A DNA stretch of 25,282 bases from a virus (IMGVR_UViG_3300017722_000571:1-25282), one strand, 5' to 3'; positions 1 through 9,400 are shown, counted from the first letter of the stretch. Numbers and translations are program-made. Notes: generated by a model from the sequence alone, not told the origin.

Positions 1-1
1 C

Positions 2-2038
2 TCATCAGGTCAGGTAACTAATGTTGCTGCTGATAACGGACTGGGTGGGGCAGGTGTAGCAACTAATGTAGTTGATAGAGTAGCGTTATCTTTTGTTGTT
101 TCCACAAACATTCAGTTCTTAACCGTTGATGTTACATCTCTTGACGATTATGTTGCAGGTATAACAGACGTAACAATCACAGTAAATCCAAACGTGTATG
201 TGTACGGCACTTATCCAACACAACAATTTCCAATCCCTGGGTTTAATTTACCAACAGCCGAAGTAACTGTTCCTGACGCATCTATGCAAATTATAGGTGG
301 CGCTGCAGGAGACACAATCAAGCTAGTAAATAACGGCAACATTGTAGGCTTTGGGGGTGATGGTGGCTGTGTGCAGAGATTTGTTCAATGTGGTGGCACT
401 GGTATTACTACCATGCAGGATAGTAACGCATTATCAGGAAACGCAGCATTATCATTGATTACTCCAGGGATTTCAGTAACTATTGAGAATAATGGATATA
501 TTGCAGGTGGCGGTGGTGGCGGTGGTAAGGGGACTGGGTTCTCCTCAGGAGCGTATTCACTTACTCCAGGTGGTGGCGGTGGGGCTGGTGGGGGTATTAG
601 TGGTGTAATTCCTTCGCCAGGAGGTATTGTAACTAGGGCTGTGCCCCCTAATGCAGGTAACAATGGGATATTTGCTGACCAAAGCTATACTCCATGCGGT
701 TCATGTTGTACTCTTGCAGTAGGTTTTTTCAGTGGTGGCGGTGGCGGTTTTGTCTTGCCAGGCACAGGTGGAGTAGCTATTAGTGGCGTACAAGTTAGTG
801 GGATAGGTGGAGGAGCAGGTGGCAGTGGGGCGGCTTTAGCCGGTAGTACAACAGCATGGGACAATAACGGTGGCGGTGCTAATAACTCAGCCCCTACATA
901 TACTTTATATAGCAGCACCACACAAGGTGGCGGTGGTGGCGGTTGGGGCGCAGCAGGCGCTGCTGGATATTCCAATTCAACTATATTTCAATTAGGGGCA
1001 ACTGGGGGCAACTCTATCGTAACTAACGGAAACGCATACACCATGTTAGGAGATGGCAATACAAGACTATATGGTACTGTAAACACAGCAACAACGTCAG
1101 TAGTTTATACATTTCCTGCAACAGTTGAAACAGGAACAACTTTAGATTTAGCGGCTATTCCTGGATATACCACAGGCACTAACGTTGTATTAATGGTGCC
1201 ATCAAGCGTAAGACTTGCGTCTAACAATACCTCAACACCTGGGCTAACAATAACTAAATCAGGCTCAAGTAATGACCCCTCTAGCGTAAGAGTAGTTTTA
1301 AACGGAGCTATTTTGGGGGCTGGCGGAGCTGGGGGAAGCGAAACAATTACAGCCCCTAACACTCCTATGAACGGTGGCGTAGCCCTTATATTACCAAACA
1401 TTGGAGCCCCTGGAGTTACTTGGATTATTGATAACACAAACGGCTACATTGCAGGAGGCGGTGGTGGCGGTGGTAGAGGCCAAAACAATGCTTCATTAGG
1501 CTCGGCTACAATAGTGACATATGGCGGCGGCGGTGCAGGGCTTACTGGTTCAAGTGGAGTTGTAGGAAACGCAGCCTATAATGCAGGATTATCAAGCGGA
1601 GTAGCTTCAGGCACCAACGGGACTAACGTAGTAGTTGGGTCAGTTACATACTCATCAGGTGGCTCAGGGGGTACTATTCTTCCAGGAACGTTAACCTCTA
1701 ATATTGGACCATTTCTAAGCGGAGTTATATATCCAGGACTAGGTGGAACTGCTGGTGGCGCAGGTGCATTATCCGTTACTGTAGCTTCCTCTCCATCTGT
1801 AAGTAACAGGGGCGGTGGCTTTAATATAAGTGGTGGGGCAGCATCAACAGTCGAAATTGGTTCAGGCTGCGCAGGTGGCGGTGGCGGTGGATGGGGTCGT
1901 AATGGTGGGAATGGTAGACGGTCTAATACTACAGTATCTGTAGGGGGTACTGGAGGCGTCACAATAAAATATCAAAACACTAATACTAAATTATATGTAG
2001 TAAACCTCACTAATTTAGCGGGTCTTATAGCACCATAA
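2..2038 (+). CDS. Glycine-rich receptor-binding/adhesin-like protein with two tandem T-even gp38-like (polyglycine) modules; 5' end lies outside the window
   Basis: Frame 2 is open from base 2 (SSGQVTNVAADNG...), so the supplied GTG start at 194 is not the true start. It contains two copies of the gp38-type pattern NNG-x-I-x-G-x-GG...I-x-N...IAGGGGGGG...GGGGGWG (VNNGNIVGFGGDGG...IENNGYIAGGGGGGG; LNGAILGAGGAGG...IDNTNGYIAGGGGGGG). Confidence 0.75.
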   Translation, partial: SSGQVTNVAADNGLGGAGVATNVVDRVALSFVVSTNIQFLTVDVTSLDDYVAGITDVTITVNPNVYVYGTYPTQQFPIPGFNLPTAEVTVPDASMQIIGGAAGDTIKLVNNGNIVGFGGDGGCVQRFVQCGGTGITTMQDSNALSGNAALSLITPGISVTIENNGYIAGGGGGGGKGTGFSSGAYSLTPGGGGGAGGGISGVIPSPGGIVTRAVPPNAGNNGIFADQSYTPCGSCCTLAVGFFSGGGGGFVLPGTGGVAISGVQVSGIGGGAGGSGAALAGSTTAWDNNGGGANNSAPTYTLYSSTTQGGGGGGWGAAGAAGYSNSTIFQLGATGGNSIVTNGNAYTMLGDGNTRLYGTVNTATTSVVYTFPATVETGTTLDLAAIPGYTTGTNVVLMVPSSVRLASNNTSTPGLTITKSGSSNDPSSVRVVLNGAILGAGGAGGSETITAPNTPMNGGVALILPNIGAPGVTWIIDNTNGYIAGGGGGGGRGQNNASLGSATIVTYGGGGAGLTGSSGVVGNAAYNAGLSSGVASGTNGTNVVVGSVTYSSGGSGGTILPGTLTSNIGPFLSGVIYPGLGGTAGGAGALSVTVASSPSVSNRGGGFNISGGAASTVEIGSGCAGGGGGGWGRNGGNGRRSNTTVSVGGTGGVTIKYQNTNTKLYVVNLTNLAGLIAP

Positions 2039-2050
2039 AAGGAACATAAC

Positions 2051-2428
2051 ATGGCAAAACAATATCAAATTCAAAATTATCTTAAGGGCGATGCAGAGTT
2101 TTTTGATACTAAGGCTGAAGCAAGTGCCCGTATTAAAGAACTAGAAACCCAAATTTTAACAGAACACGCTAGTAGATTTAGCATTATTCAAACAGTACAG
2201 TCAGCTAACGGCATGCTGTGGATTGCCCCGTCTGAGAACTCACAAGAAGATGGTGACTACATGGTATTCATTAGTTCTACTGGTCAGTACGATAAAGTAA
2301 AAGGCCGCACAGCTGCGTATGCTAGAAACCAAGAGTTAAAGGATGCATTCTTAGCTGAACTAGCACAAGAGCCTGTACTTGCAGAAAAACCAGTGCAACC
2401 AACTACAACAGGCACTCAAGAGCTATGA
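2051..2428 (+). CDS. Hypothetical protein, possible adhesin/fibre assembly chaperone, with an internal duplication
   Basis: RBS AAAGGA upstream; directly follows the adhesin; two gapless 32-aa related segments (Y5-L36, Y70-L101). Function is inferred from position only. Confidence 0.55.
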   Translation: MAKQYQIQNYLKGDAEFFDTKAEASARIKELETQILTEHASRFSIIQTVQSANGMLWIAPSENSQEDGDYMVFISSTGQYDKVKGRTAAYARNQELKDAFLAELAQEPVLAEKPVQPTTTGTQEL

Positions 2429-2709
2429 TAAAGAACGTCCCTCCAGCCCACTCGTTTACCTATGATGGTGCGAGGATTAACGTATTTTACGTTAACAAGG
2501 GTGAGGGGTTGCCTAGACATAGCCACATATACGCTCATGCATCGTTTTGTACAGCAGGTTCATGTATAATTCGTAAAGAAAACAAAGAGCTTGTGATGGA
2601 CAAAACCACACAGCCAGTAAACTTACTACAAGACAGTTGGCACGAGATAGAAGCACTAGAAGACAACACCGTATTCATTAACGTATTCGCGGATAAACAT
2701 AATGGCTAA
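2425..2709 (+). CDS. Small cupin-fold protein
   Basis: Cupin motif 1 GEGLPRHSHIYAH...CTAGS and motif 2 WHEIEALEDNTVFINVF; ATGA overlap with the upstream stop. Confidence 0.8.
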   Translation: MIKNVPPAHSFTYDGARINVFYVNKGEGLPRHSHIYAHASFCTAGSCIIRKENKELVMDKTTQPVNLLQDSWHEIEALEDNTVFINVFADKHNG

Positions 2710-2974
2710 GAAGACACCATCACTTGCAGTAGGGCGCGGAGAGAAGCTTCCAGTATCAGAAGGCGCTGGACTTACAGCTAAAGGTCGTGCAAAATACAAC
2801 AAAGCAACTGGATCTAAGTTAAAGGCCCCTGCTCCTAATCCTAAAACGGAGAAAGATGCTGCTCGTCGTAAGTCGTTCTGCGCTCGTATGTCCGGGATGC
2901 CTGGTCCGATGAAGGATGAAAAAGGCAGACCTACCCGCAAAGCAGCTTCTCTTAAACGATGGAACTGCAAATAA
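2702..2974 (+). CDS. Small basic conserved phage protein (DUF6321-like)
   Basis: GLTAKGRAKYN...GSKLKAP...RRKSFCARMSGM...SLKRWNC pattern recognised from aquatic phage proteins; very K/R-rich. Family assignment is from memory. Confidence 0.7.
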   Translation: MAKKTPSLAVGRGEKLPVSEGAGLTAKGRAKYNKATGSKLKAPAPNPKTEKDAARRKSFCARMSGMPGPMKDEKGRPTRKAASLKRWNCK

Positions 2975-3231
2975 TGGAAATGATGGTATGGAACATCGTG
3001 CTAACTGGATTGGTGGCTATAATGGGTTTTGTGATTAAAGCAAAATTTGAAGAGCTGGATCGTCTTGGTATTTTATTAAACCGAACTAGAGAGGAAATTG
3101 CCCGTGACCACATCACTCGCGCAGAAGTACGTGCAGACATTGAAAAAATTATGGAACGTTTTGATGACGGCTTTAACCGGCTGGAAGCAAAAATTGATAA
3201 GCTTGCTGAAAAAAGGATAGATCATGGATAA
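2974..3231 (+). CDS. Small membrane-anchored coiled-coil protein (likely start 2974 rather than 2959)
   Basis: TAATG coupling at 2972-2976 gives MEMMVWNIVLTGLVAIMGFVI (one hydrophobic helix), followed by a charged heptad-like region (FNRLEAKIDKL). Confidence 0.65.
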   Translation: MEMMVWNIVLTGLVAIMGFVIKAKFEELDRLGILLNRTREEIARDHITRAEVRADIEKIMERFDDGFNRLEAKIDKLAEKRIDHG

Positions 3232-3598
3232 ATACGAAGATCTAGTGACAGAAGAGGACAAACGGGCTTTTAAAGATAAAGCACGTAATGCTCAAATTAA
3301 AGCGGACGCTGAAGCAATGCGTAAAAAGTACCCTGAAAAAGCTAAAAAGGCTGAAAAACCTGTAATGGTTGAAAAGAAACAGGTAGGTAACTTTGTTGTA
3401 GATGACTCAGAGCCTACTGAAAAAGAACTAAAAATGTTACAGCAGATGAAAAAGGAAATGGACATGGACCGAAATACGGAACGTGGTGCCACTCGTCCTA
3501 GAAGACTTGATTATGTGGAACCTTTTAAAAAAGGCGGCATGGTAACAAAAGGTAATGGTTGCGCTGTTCGTGGCGTTAAGAAATTTAAAACGTATTAA
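3224..3598 (+). CDS. Hypothetical highly charged protein, possible internal virion protein
   Basis: RBS AAGGA; K/E/D-rich; C-terminal FKKGGMV and KGNGCAVRG motifs. Confidence 0.6.
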   Translation: MDKYEDLVTEEDKRAFKDKARNAQIKADAEAMRKKYPEKAKKAEKPVMVEKKQVGNFVVDDSEPTEKELKMLQQMKKEMDMDRNTERGATRPRRLDYVEPFKKGGMVTKGNGCAVRGVKKFKTY

Positions 3599-3613
3599 TT
3601 AAGGAGTAATATC

Positions 3614-3940
3614 ATGGCTGGAAGAGGAATGGGAGCTGCAACAAGTGGTGGCGGTTGTGTTGAAAAAGGCGCTAAAAACAAAATGGTATCTAAGACAAGC
3701 AAAGAAATCGATCCTGTTTTCTTGGCTCATGGCGGTGAAGTAAGCCCTCGCAAGCGCATGGCCATGGGCATGAAATCTGGCGGTGAAGCCAAAAAAATGA
3801 ACATGGGCGGTTATGCTTCAGGTATGGGCATGAAAAAAGGCGGCAGTGCTAAAAAAATGCACAAGATGCCTGATGGCTCTATGATGCTTGATAGCGATAT
3901 GAAAAAACCGAAAAAAATGAAAAAAGGTGGTAGTTGCTAA
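3614..3940 (+). CDS. Small Met/Lys/Gly-rich low-complexity protein, possible internal virion protein
   Basis: Strong RBS TAAGGAG; five x-x-GG units (LAHGG, MKSGG, MNMGG, MKKGG, MKKGG); N-terminal RGMGAATSG. Confidence 0.65.
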   Translation: MAGRGMGAATSGGGCVEKGAKNKMVSKTSKEIDPVFLAHGGEVSPRKRMAMGMKSGGEAKKMNMGGYASGMGMKKGGSAKKMHKMPDGSMMLDSDMKKPKKMKKGGSC

Positions 3941-4612
3941 ATGGCTACTTCAGGTACCACGGTATTTGATTTACAGATTGATGAGCTTGTAGAAGAGGCT
4001 TTTGAACGTTGTGGCATGCAAATGACCCACGGTAATCAGCTTAGAACAGCTCGTCGCTCGCTCAATCTAATGTTTTTAGAATGGGCCAACCGTGGCTTGA
4101 ATTTGTGGACAATTGAATTAGCAACTTACAACCTTATTGCAGGGCAATATGAAATTGTATTGGACACCGATACGGTAAATGTCCTATCTGCGGTAATTCG
4201 AGACAGCTCACAAAGCCCTCCGGTTGATATTGTCATAGACCGCATTAGTCGAGCTGAATATTTGCATATTCCAGACAAGTCAACTCAGGCGCGACCTGCA
4301 CAATTGTATGTAGAACGCACGAACGTACCTAAGGTGTACCTTTACCCTTCCCCAGATCAAAGTGCTGTCTATCAGCTCAGATACTACCGTATTAAGCGAA
4401 TGGACGATGCGGGCGATTACACTAACACTGCAGACGTTAATTTTAGGTTTTTGCCTTGCCTTGCTGCCGGATTAGCGTACTATCTGTCACTTAAATATGC
4501 AGTAGATCGTACTCAAGTATTAAAAGCTTTTTATGAAGAAGAATTTGCTAGAGCAGCTGCAGAAGATAGGGATACGGCAAGCTGTTTTTTTGTTCCAGAC
4601 GTAGGGGCATAA
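3941..4612 (+). CDS. Putative head-to-tail adaptor/connector protein
   Basis: N-terminal helices IDELVEEAFERCG...ARRSLNLMFLEW, a central beta region (VYLYPSPD) and a C-terminal helix (LAAGLAYYLS...YEEEFARA) are typical of podovirus adaptor (P22 gp4/T7 gp11-like) proteins; position also fits. Confidence 0.7.
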   Translation: MATSGTTVFDLQIDELVEEAFERCGMQMTHGNQLRTARRSLNLMFLEWANRGLNLWTIELATYNLIAGQYEIVLDTDTVNVLSAVIRDSSQSPPVDIVIDRISRAEYLHIPDKSTQARPAQLYVERTNVPKVYLYPSPDQSAVYQLRYYRIKRMDDAGDYTNTADVNFRFLPCLAAGLAYYLSLKYAVDRTQVLKAFYEEEFARAAAEDRDTASCFFVPDVGA

Positions 4613-4613
4613 T

Positions 4614-4964
4614 GTGGCCTACGCCTCGGGTAAATTTTCTTTTGGGCTGTGTGATTACTGTGGGCAGCGTTATCCCTTTAATGTTTTACGTAAAAACTGG
4701 CGTGGATTTAAGGTTTGTCCGGATGACTACGAGCCAAAAGAACCTCAATTAGATCCGTTGCGCTTTGTAGCTGATGCAATATCCCTTGATCAGCCTCGCC
4801 CGGACAGGATAGAACCGATGCAGGTATATGTAAATGCACCAGGAGACACTGCGTTTCAAAGTATTGGAAGTGCTAATAACACGGTGGACATGCGTCCATA
4901 CACGCCCGACCAGGACATTATTGGGGTCGGTACCTTAGGAAACGTTACGGTGGTAATAACATGA
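4614..4964 (+). CDS. Conserved hypothetical virion/assembly protein with a Cys motif
   Basis: GTG start after GTAGGGG; CDYC...VCPDD putative metal-binding site; overlaps the next gene (ATGA). Confidence 0.65.
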   Translation: MAYASGKFSFGLCDYCGQRYPFNVLRKNWRGFKVCPDDYEPKEPQLDPLRFVADAISLDQPRPDRIEPMQVYVNAPGDTAFQSIGSANNTVDMRPYTPDQDIIGVGTLGNVTVVIT

Positions 4965-5617
4965 CATATGATGAACTAATTACGAATATTCGAAATTACA
5001 CGGAAGTGGACAGTAACGTATTTACTGCGCCTGTGCTCAATACCTTTATTACGATGGCTGAAAATCGGATCCTTAGGGATATTGACTTAGACGTATTTAA
5101 GCGTGAGGCTGCAGGGACCATGTCCACAGGAAATAAGTTTCTAGCTGCGCCTGCTGATATTTTAACTCATCGCTACATAATGATTACCAAAGACGGGGAA
5201 CAAATATTCCTTGATTTTAGAGATACTTCTTTCATGAAAGAGTATTGGGCAGATAGTGCTTCAACTGGAACACCTAGGTATTATTCTGTATGGGATCAAA
5301 ATACTTTTTACATTGCCCCTACGCCAGATCAAAATTATGTAGTGGAACTAGGGTATATTATTAGCCCTGAAACACTATCTTCTACTAACCCTACTACTTG
5401 GGTAAGTCTTAATGCACCAGAAGCATTGTTATATGCGTGTTTAATTCAAGCATATAGCTATACCAAAGGCCCTGCAGATATGCTCGCTTATTTTGAAAAT
5501 AGCTATAAACAAGCGATCCAAGGTCTGGGTGTTGAGCAGCAGGGTCGTCGTCGTAGAGATGAATGGAGAGACGGGATGCCTAGGGTAGTGGTTAAATCTC
5601 CATCTCCAGGTCCTTAG
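4961..5617 (+). CDS. Second adaptor/tail tubular-like protein
   Basis: MTYDELITNIRNY...FITMAENRILR...GTPRYY...YIAPTPDQNY...EALLYACL pattern; shares the adaptor-like x-x-P-x-P-D strand motif with 3941-4612. Confidence 0.65.
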   Translation: MTYDELITNIRNYTEVDSNVFTAPVLNTFITMAENRILRDIDLDVFKREAAGTMSTGNKFLAAPADILTHRYIMITKDGEQIFLDFRDTSFMKEYWADSASTGTPRYYSVWDQNTFYIAPTPDQNYVVELGYIISPETLSSTNPTTWVSLNAPEALLYACLIQAYSYTKGPADMLAYFENSYKQAIQGLGVEQQGRRRRDEWRDGMPRVVVKSPSPGP

Positions 5618-5669
5618 TCATTAATGGTAAGATAATGGTTACGTAGTTTAAATTAATTAGGAGTTTAAA
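5618..5669 (+). promoter_or_regulatory. AT-rich intergenic region with a candidate -10 element (GATAAT 5631-5636) and RBS (AGGAG 5659-5663)
   Basis: One of only two intergenic gaps over 50 bp in the window; no clear -35 element. Confidence 0.35.
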
Positions 5670-6098
5670 ATGGCAATTGCACAAGCAATGTGCACAAGCT
5701 TCAAGGTCCAGCTACTTAGTGGCGCACAAAATTTTAATACGGGTACAACAAAGGTTTATAAAATCGCGTTGTATACATCAGCAGCTACGCTAGGCGCAAC
5801 GACTACCGCATACTCAACGACAAACGAAGTAGTGGGTACAGGGTACACTGCGGGTGGTGAAATATTAACAGTCTCTCAAATTCCTACGTCATCAAGCACA
5901 ACAGCGTTCATTGATTTTGCGGATAAAACCTGGCCTAATGCTACTATCACTGCTCGCGGTGCCTTGATTTATAACAGTACAGATAATACAGCGGTTGCGG
6001 TACTTGACTTTGGTGCAGATAAGACATCCACAGCGGGTAACTTTACTATTGTATTTCCAACACCTAACGCATCAAACGCAATCTTACGTATCGCCTAA
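5670..6098 (+). CDS. Small tail/tail-fibre attachment structural protein
   Basis: MAIAQAMCTSFK...KIALYTS...GTGYTAGG...TARGALIYN...VLDFGADKTST is a recognisable conserved phage tail protein pattern; strong RBS. Confidence 0.7.
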   Translation: MAIAQAMCTSFKVQLLSGAQNFNTGTTKVYKIALYTSAATLGATTTAYSTTNEVVGTGYTAGGEILTVSQIPTSSSTTAFIDFADKTWPNATITARGALIYNSTDNTAVAVLDFGADKTSTAGNFTIVFPTPNASNAILRIA

Positions 6099-6111
6099 TT
6101 AGGAGTAAAAT

Positions 6112-6297
6112 ATGTCGGGGTGCACGGTTAACGTATCAGCAGTTGTAGGTATAGGGCAATTAGGAAATGTGTTAATATGGGGGCTAATTCCAGATGGGCA
6201 AAACCCAAACTGGGCAGACATAAATGATGGACAAACACCTAATTGGACTGCAGTAAACGACGGACAAACCGTAACATGGGTAGAGGTAATAACATAA
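6112..6297 (+). CDS. Mini structural protein with three 11-aa DGQ-x-x-x-W repeats
   Basis: RBS TAGGAG at 6100-6105; repeats LIPDGQNPNW / ADINDGQTPNW / TAVNDGQTVTW. Confidence 0.65.
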   Translation: MSGCTVNVSAVVGIGQLGNVLIWGLIPDGQNPNWADINDGQTPNWTAVNDGQTVTWVEVIT

Positions 6298-6422
6298 TGA
6301 GTAATGAAAACCAAACCGAATCTGAAATCATGCAACCTGCGGAGCCAACTGAGCCTGTAGAAAAGCAAGATGTAGTTGTTGAAGTGACCGGGTTTAAATT
6401 AGAGATATTAAAAGGGTTATAA
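6297..6422 (+). CDS. Unannotated 41-aa acidic ORF (MSNENQTESEIMQPAEPTEPVEKQDVVVEVTGFKLEILKGL)
   Basis: Starts in a TAATG overlap with the 6112-6297 stop, has GAGG upstream, and ends 1 bp before the tail fibre ATG, exactly filling the gap. Confidence 0.6.
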   Translation: MSNENQTESEIMQPAEPTEPVEKQDVVVEVTGFKLEILKGL

Positions 6423-6423
6423 A

Positions 6424-9400
6424 ATGCCAAGTAACTATTCAGCCTTAAAAATTGAGTTAATGGTCACGGGGGAGCAATCCGGAACTTGGGGTACTATTAC
6501 CAATACTAATTTAGGCACGGCGCTTGAAGAGGCGGTTGTGGGCCGTGCTACGGCTAACTTTACATCCGATGCTAACTTAACTATTTCACTGACAGATACA
6601 AACGCTACACAAGTTGCTCGAAACTACATCCTTAACGTAACATCAGGTGTATCACTTACTGCTACAAGAAACTTAGTTGTACCGTCAATTAACAAGCCAT
6701 ATATTATTGAGAACAACACTACTGGCGGACAAAGTATTGTAGTAAAAACAGCTGCAGGTACAGGCGTGACCGTACCTAACGGCAAAAGAACAATGGTCTA
6801 TGCAAATACCACAAACGTAGTTGCCGCTGAAAACCACATCCCTGACTTAACTTTAGGCGCAGCGCTTCCAGTAGCATCGGGTGGTACGGGTATTACTAGC
6901 TTTGGTACAGGTATTGCAACTGCTTTAGGAATAAACGTAGGTACTGCAGGTGCTCCAGTTGTTAATGGTGGTGTTTTAGGTACCCCTTCATCAGGCACAC
7001 TTACAAACGTTACAGGCCTTCCACTTACATCTGGTGTAACAGGTACGCTTCCAGTAGCTAATGGTGGTACAGGTGTTACAACTAGCACAGGCACAGGTTC
7101 AGTAGTTCTTTCAGCAAGCCCAACATTTACAGGTACATTAAATGCAGCAAACCTTACAACTACAGGTAACACAATCTTAGGTGACACATCAACCGATACT
7201 CTAAATGTAGGTAATGGTGATTTAGTCAAGGCTGCTAATGGCAATGTAGGTATTGGTACAAGTAGTCCAGGAGTTAAATTAGACATAGCAGGTGCTAGTG
7301 CTAGAATTAATAATGGTACATCGAGCTCCTCTCAATTAATTTTTGGACCAGGAGTTGCAGCTTTTGATTATGCAAATATTACTTGGAATAACACTGTAGG
7401 TTCCCAAGAATTTAAATTTTATGCAGATGCTGGTTTTATAAGTTTCTATACTGTTGCAGGAACTTCACTAGAACGTATGCGTATTGCCAATAATGGCAAC
7501 GTGGGTATTGGTACAACCAGCCCTACTGCAAAATTAGATGTATTAGGCAATGCTCGTATTATCCAAGCTAGTTTTACAGACCCTATATTAAACATATCCC
7601 AAGCTTCTGGCACAATAGGCAACAAAGGTATTATTAACTTTAGTGATTCAACTGGTGCTACATCTTATATTTATGGGTATGGAAGCGCTTTTGGGTCAGG
7701 CAATAACTATGCGTTAGCATTTGGCACGAATTCTGTAGAACGTATGCGTATTGATTCTGCTGGCAACGTAGGCATTGGTGTAGTACCTAGCGCTTGGGAT
7801 GGGACAATAAAAGCAGTGCAAGTCAATACAATTGGCGCAATAGGAGGCACTTCTGCTAATTTTTCTGTAAGCGCAAACTCATATTATAACTCAGGAAATG
7901 ATTTTTATATAACTAATGGTCTAGCATCTTTATATTTACAGGCAAATGGTCAGCACGAATGGAGAACTGCGCCAACAGGTACAGCAGGCGCAAGTGCGGC
8001 AGTTATTTCAGGACGAACATACATAGTATCAGTATTAGGTAGTTCTACCTTAGCTCAGTGGCAAGCATTTTTTAGTGCACTAACTGTTCTTCCAACTTTA
8101 GGACAAACAATAACTGCAACAGCTACAGGCTCAATCGTTGGTGGCGGTACAGTTACACAAAAACTTATATATACACAAAAAATGCTACTAGATAATAGTG
8201 GTAATTTGAACATTGCTGGACTTACAGCATCTCAAGCAGTAGCTACTGATGCATCTAAAAACTTAGTATCAGTAGCAACAACAGGTACAGGCAACTATGT
8301 ACTAGCAACAAGCCCTACCCTAGTAGGGCCAGTATTAGGCACACCAAGTTCAGGAACGCTTACAAGTTGTACAGGTTATACATATGCCAACCTAGCAGGA
8401 ACAGTACCAACTTGGAATCAAAATACATCAGGTACAGCTGCAGGGCTTTCTGGTTCTCAAACAGCAAATACAGTTTACGCAGCGCCTAACGGCTCAGCAG
8501 GTACGGCTTCATTTCGCGCAATTGTAGCAGCTGATATTCCAACACTAAATCAAAACACAACAGGCTCTGCAGCAACTTGGACTACAAGTCGTAACTTGGC
8601 AGGAAATAGTGTAAACGGTTCTGCTAACGTGGCTTTTTCTAATAAATTCATAGTGCAAGGTACTACGGATACTGGCTTATCTGGGGCACAATTTTTAGGT
8701 TCATTAGGAACAGGGATAGTTAAAAACACTACCTCAACTGGGGTATTAAGTATTGCTGTTGCTGGTGATTTCCCAACACTAAACCAAAATACATCAGGTA
8801 CAGCCGCTGGTCTTTCAGCTACATTAGTCGCTACTTCAGGTGGCACAGGCCAAAGTTCTTATGCTATTGGCGATATATTATATGCTTCAACTACTACTGC
8901 TTTATCAAAACTAGCTGCTGTGGCAACAGGTAATGCGTTAATCTCAGGTGGTGTGGGTGCAGCTCCTAGTTACGGTAAAATTGGTTTAACTACACATGTA
9001 AGCGGAACTTTACCCGTAGCTAATGGTGGCACAAACGCATCTGCTGCAGGGATTACTGCTTTTAATAATATTACAGGATATTCCGCTGCTGGCGCCACAG
9101 GAACTACTTCTACCAATTTGGTATTTAGCACATCTCCAGCATTAACTACACCAACAGTTGTTACATCTATTGATGGCGGTGCAACTTTTGGAGCATTTGC
9201 TTCATCTACGACATTAACAATTGGTCACACGGGTACAGGTGCGGCATCTACAACTAATATTGCTACAGCAGCTTTAACAGGCGCATTTGCTAAAACAGTA
9301 AACATTGGTACCAGCGGTACTACAGGTTCCACTACAACTATTAATATGGGCTCATCTGTAGGTGGCTCTACCATTGTTCGTGGTTCATTTTCTGTAGGTT

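Noticed and set aside
385-1962. Pro-rich minus-strand ORFs opposite the first adhesin (also 6798-7286, 8550-8846, 9225-9491, 9947-10282, 15535-16506 and others)
   Set aside because: They are antisense shadows of Gly/Thr/Ala-rich genes (GGN codons read as Pro-rich text); they have no clear RBS and lie inside well-supported + strand genes.
3208-3216. AAAAAAG slippery site fusing 2974-3231 to the next gene
   Set aside because: It is not in the X XXY YYZ register (GAA AAA AGG), and it doubles as the RBS of the next gene.
4650-4727. CDYC...VCPDD as a broken zinc finger or pseudogene
   Set aside because: The ORF is intact and coupled to its neighbours; Asp can replace Cys as a ligand, so there is no evidence of decay.
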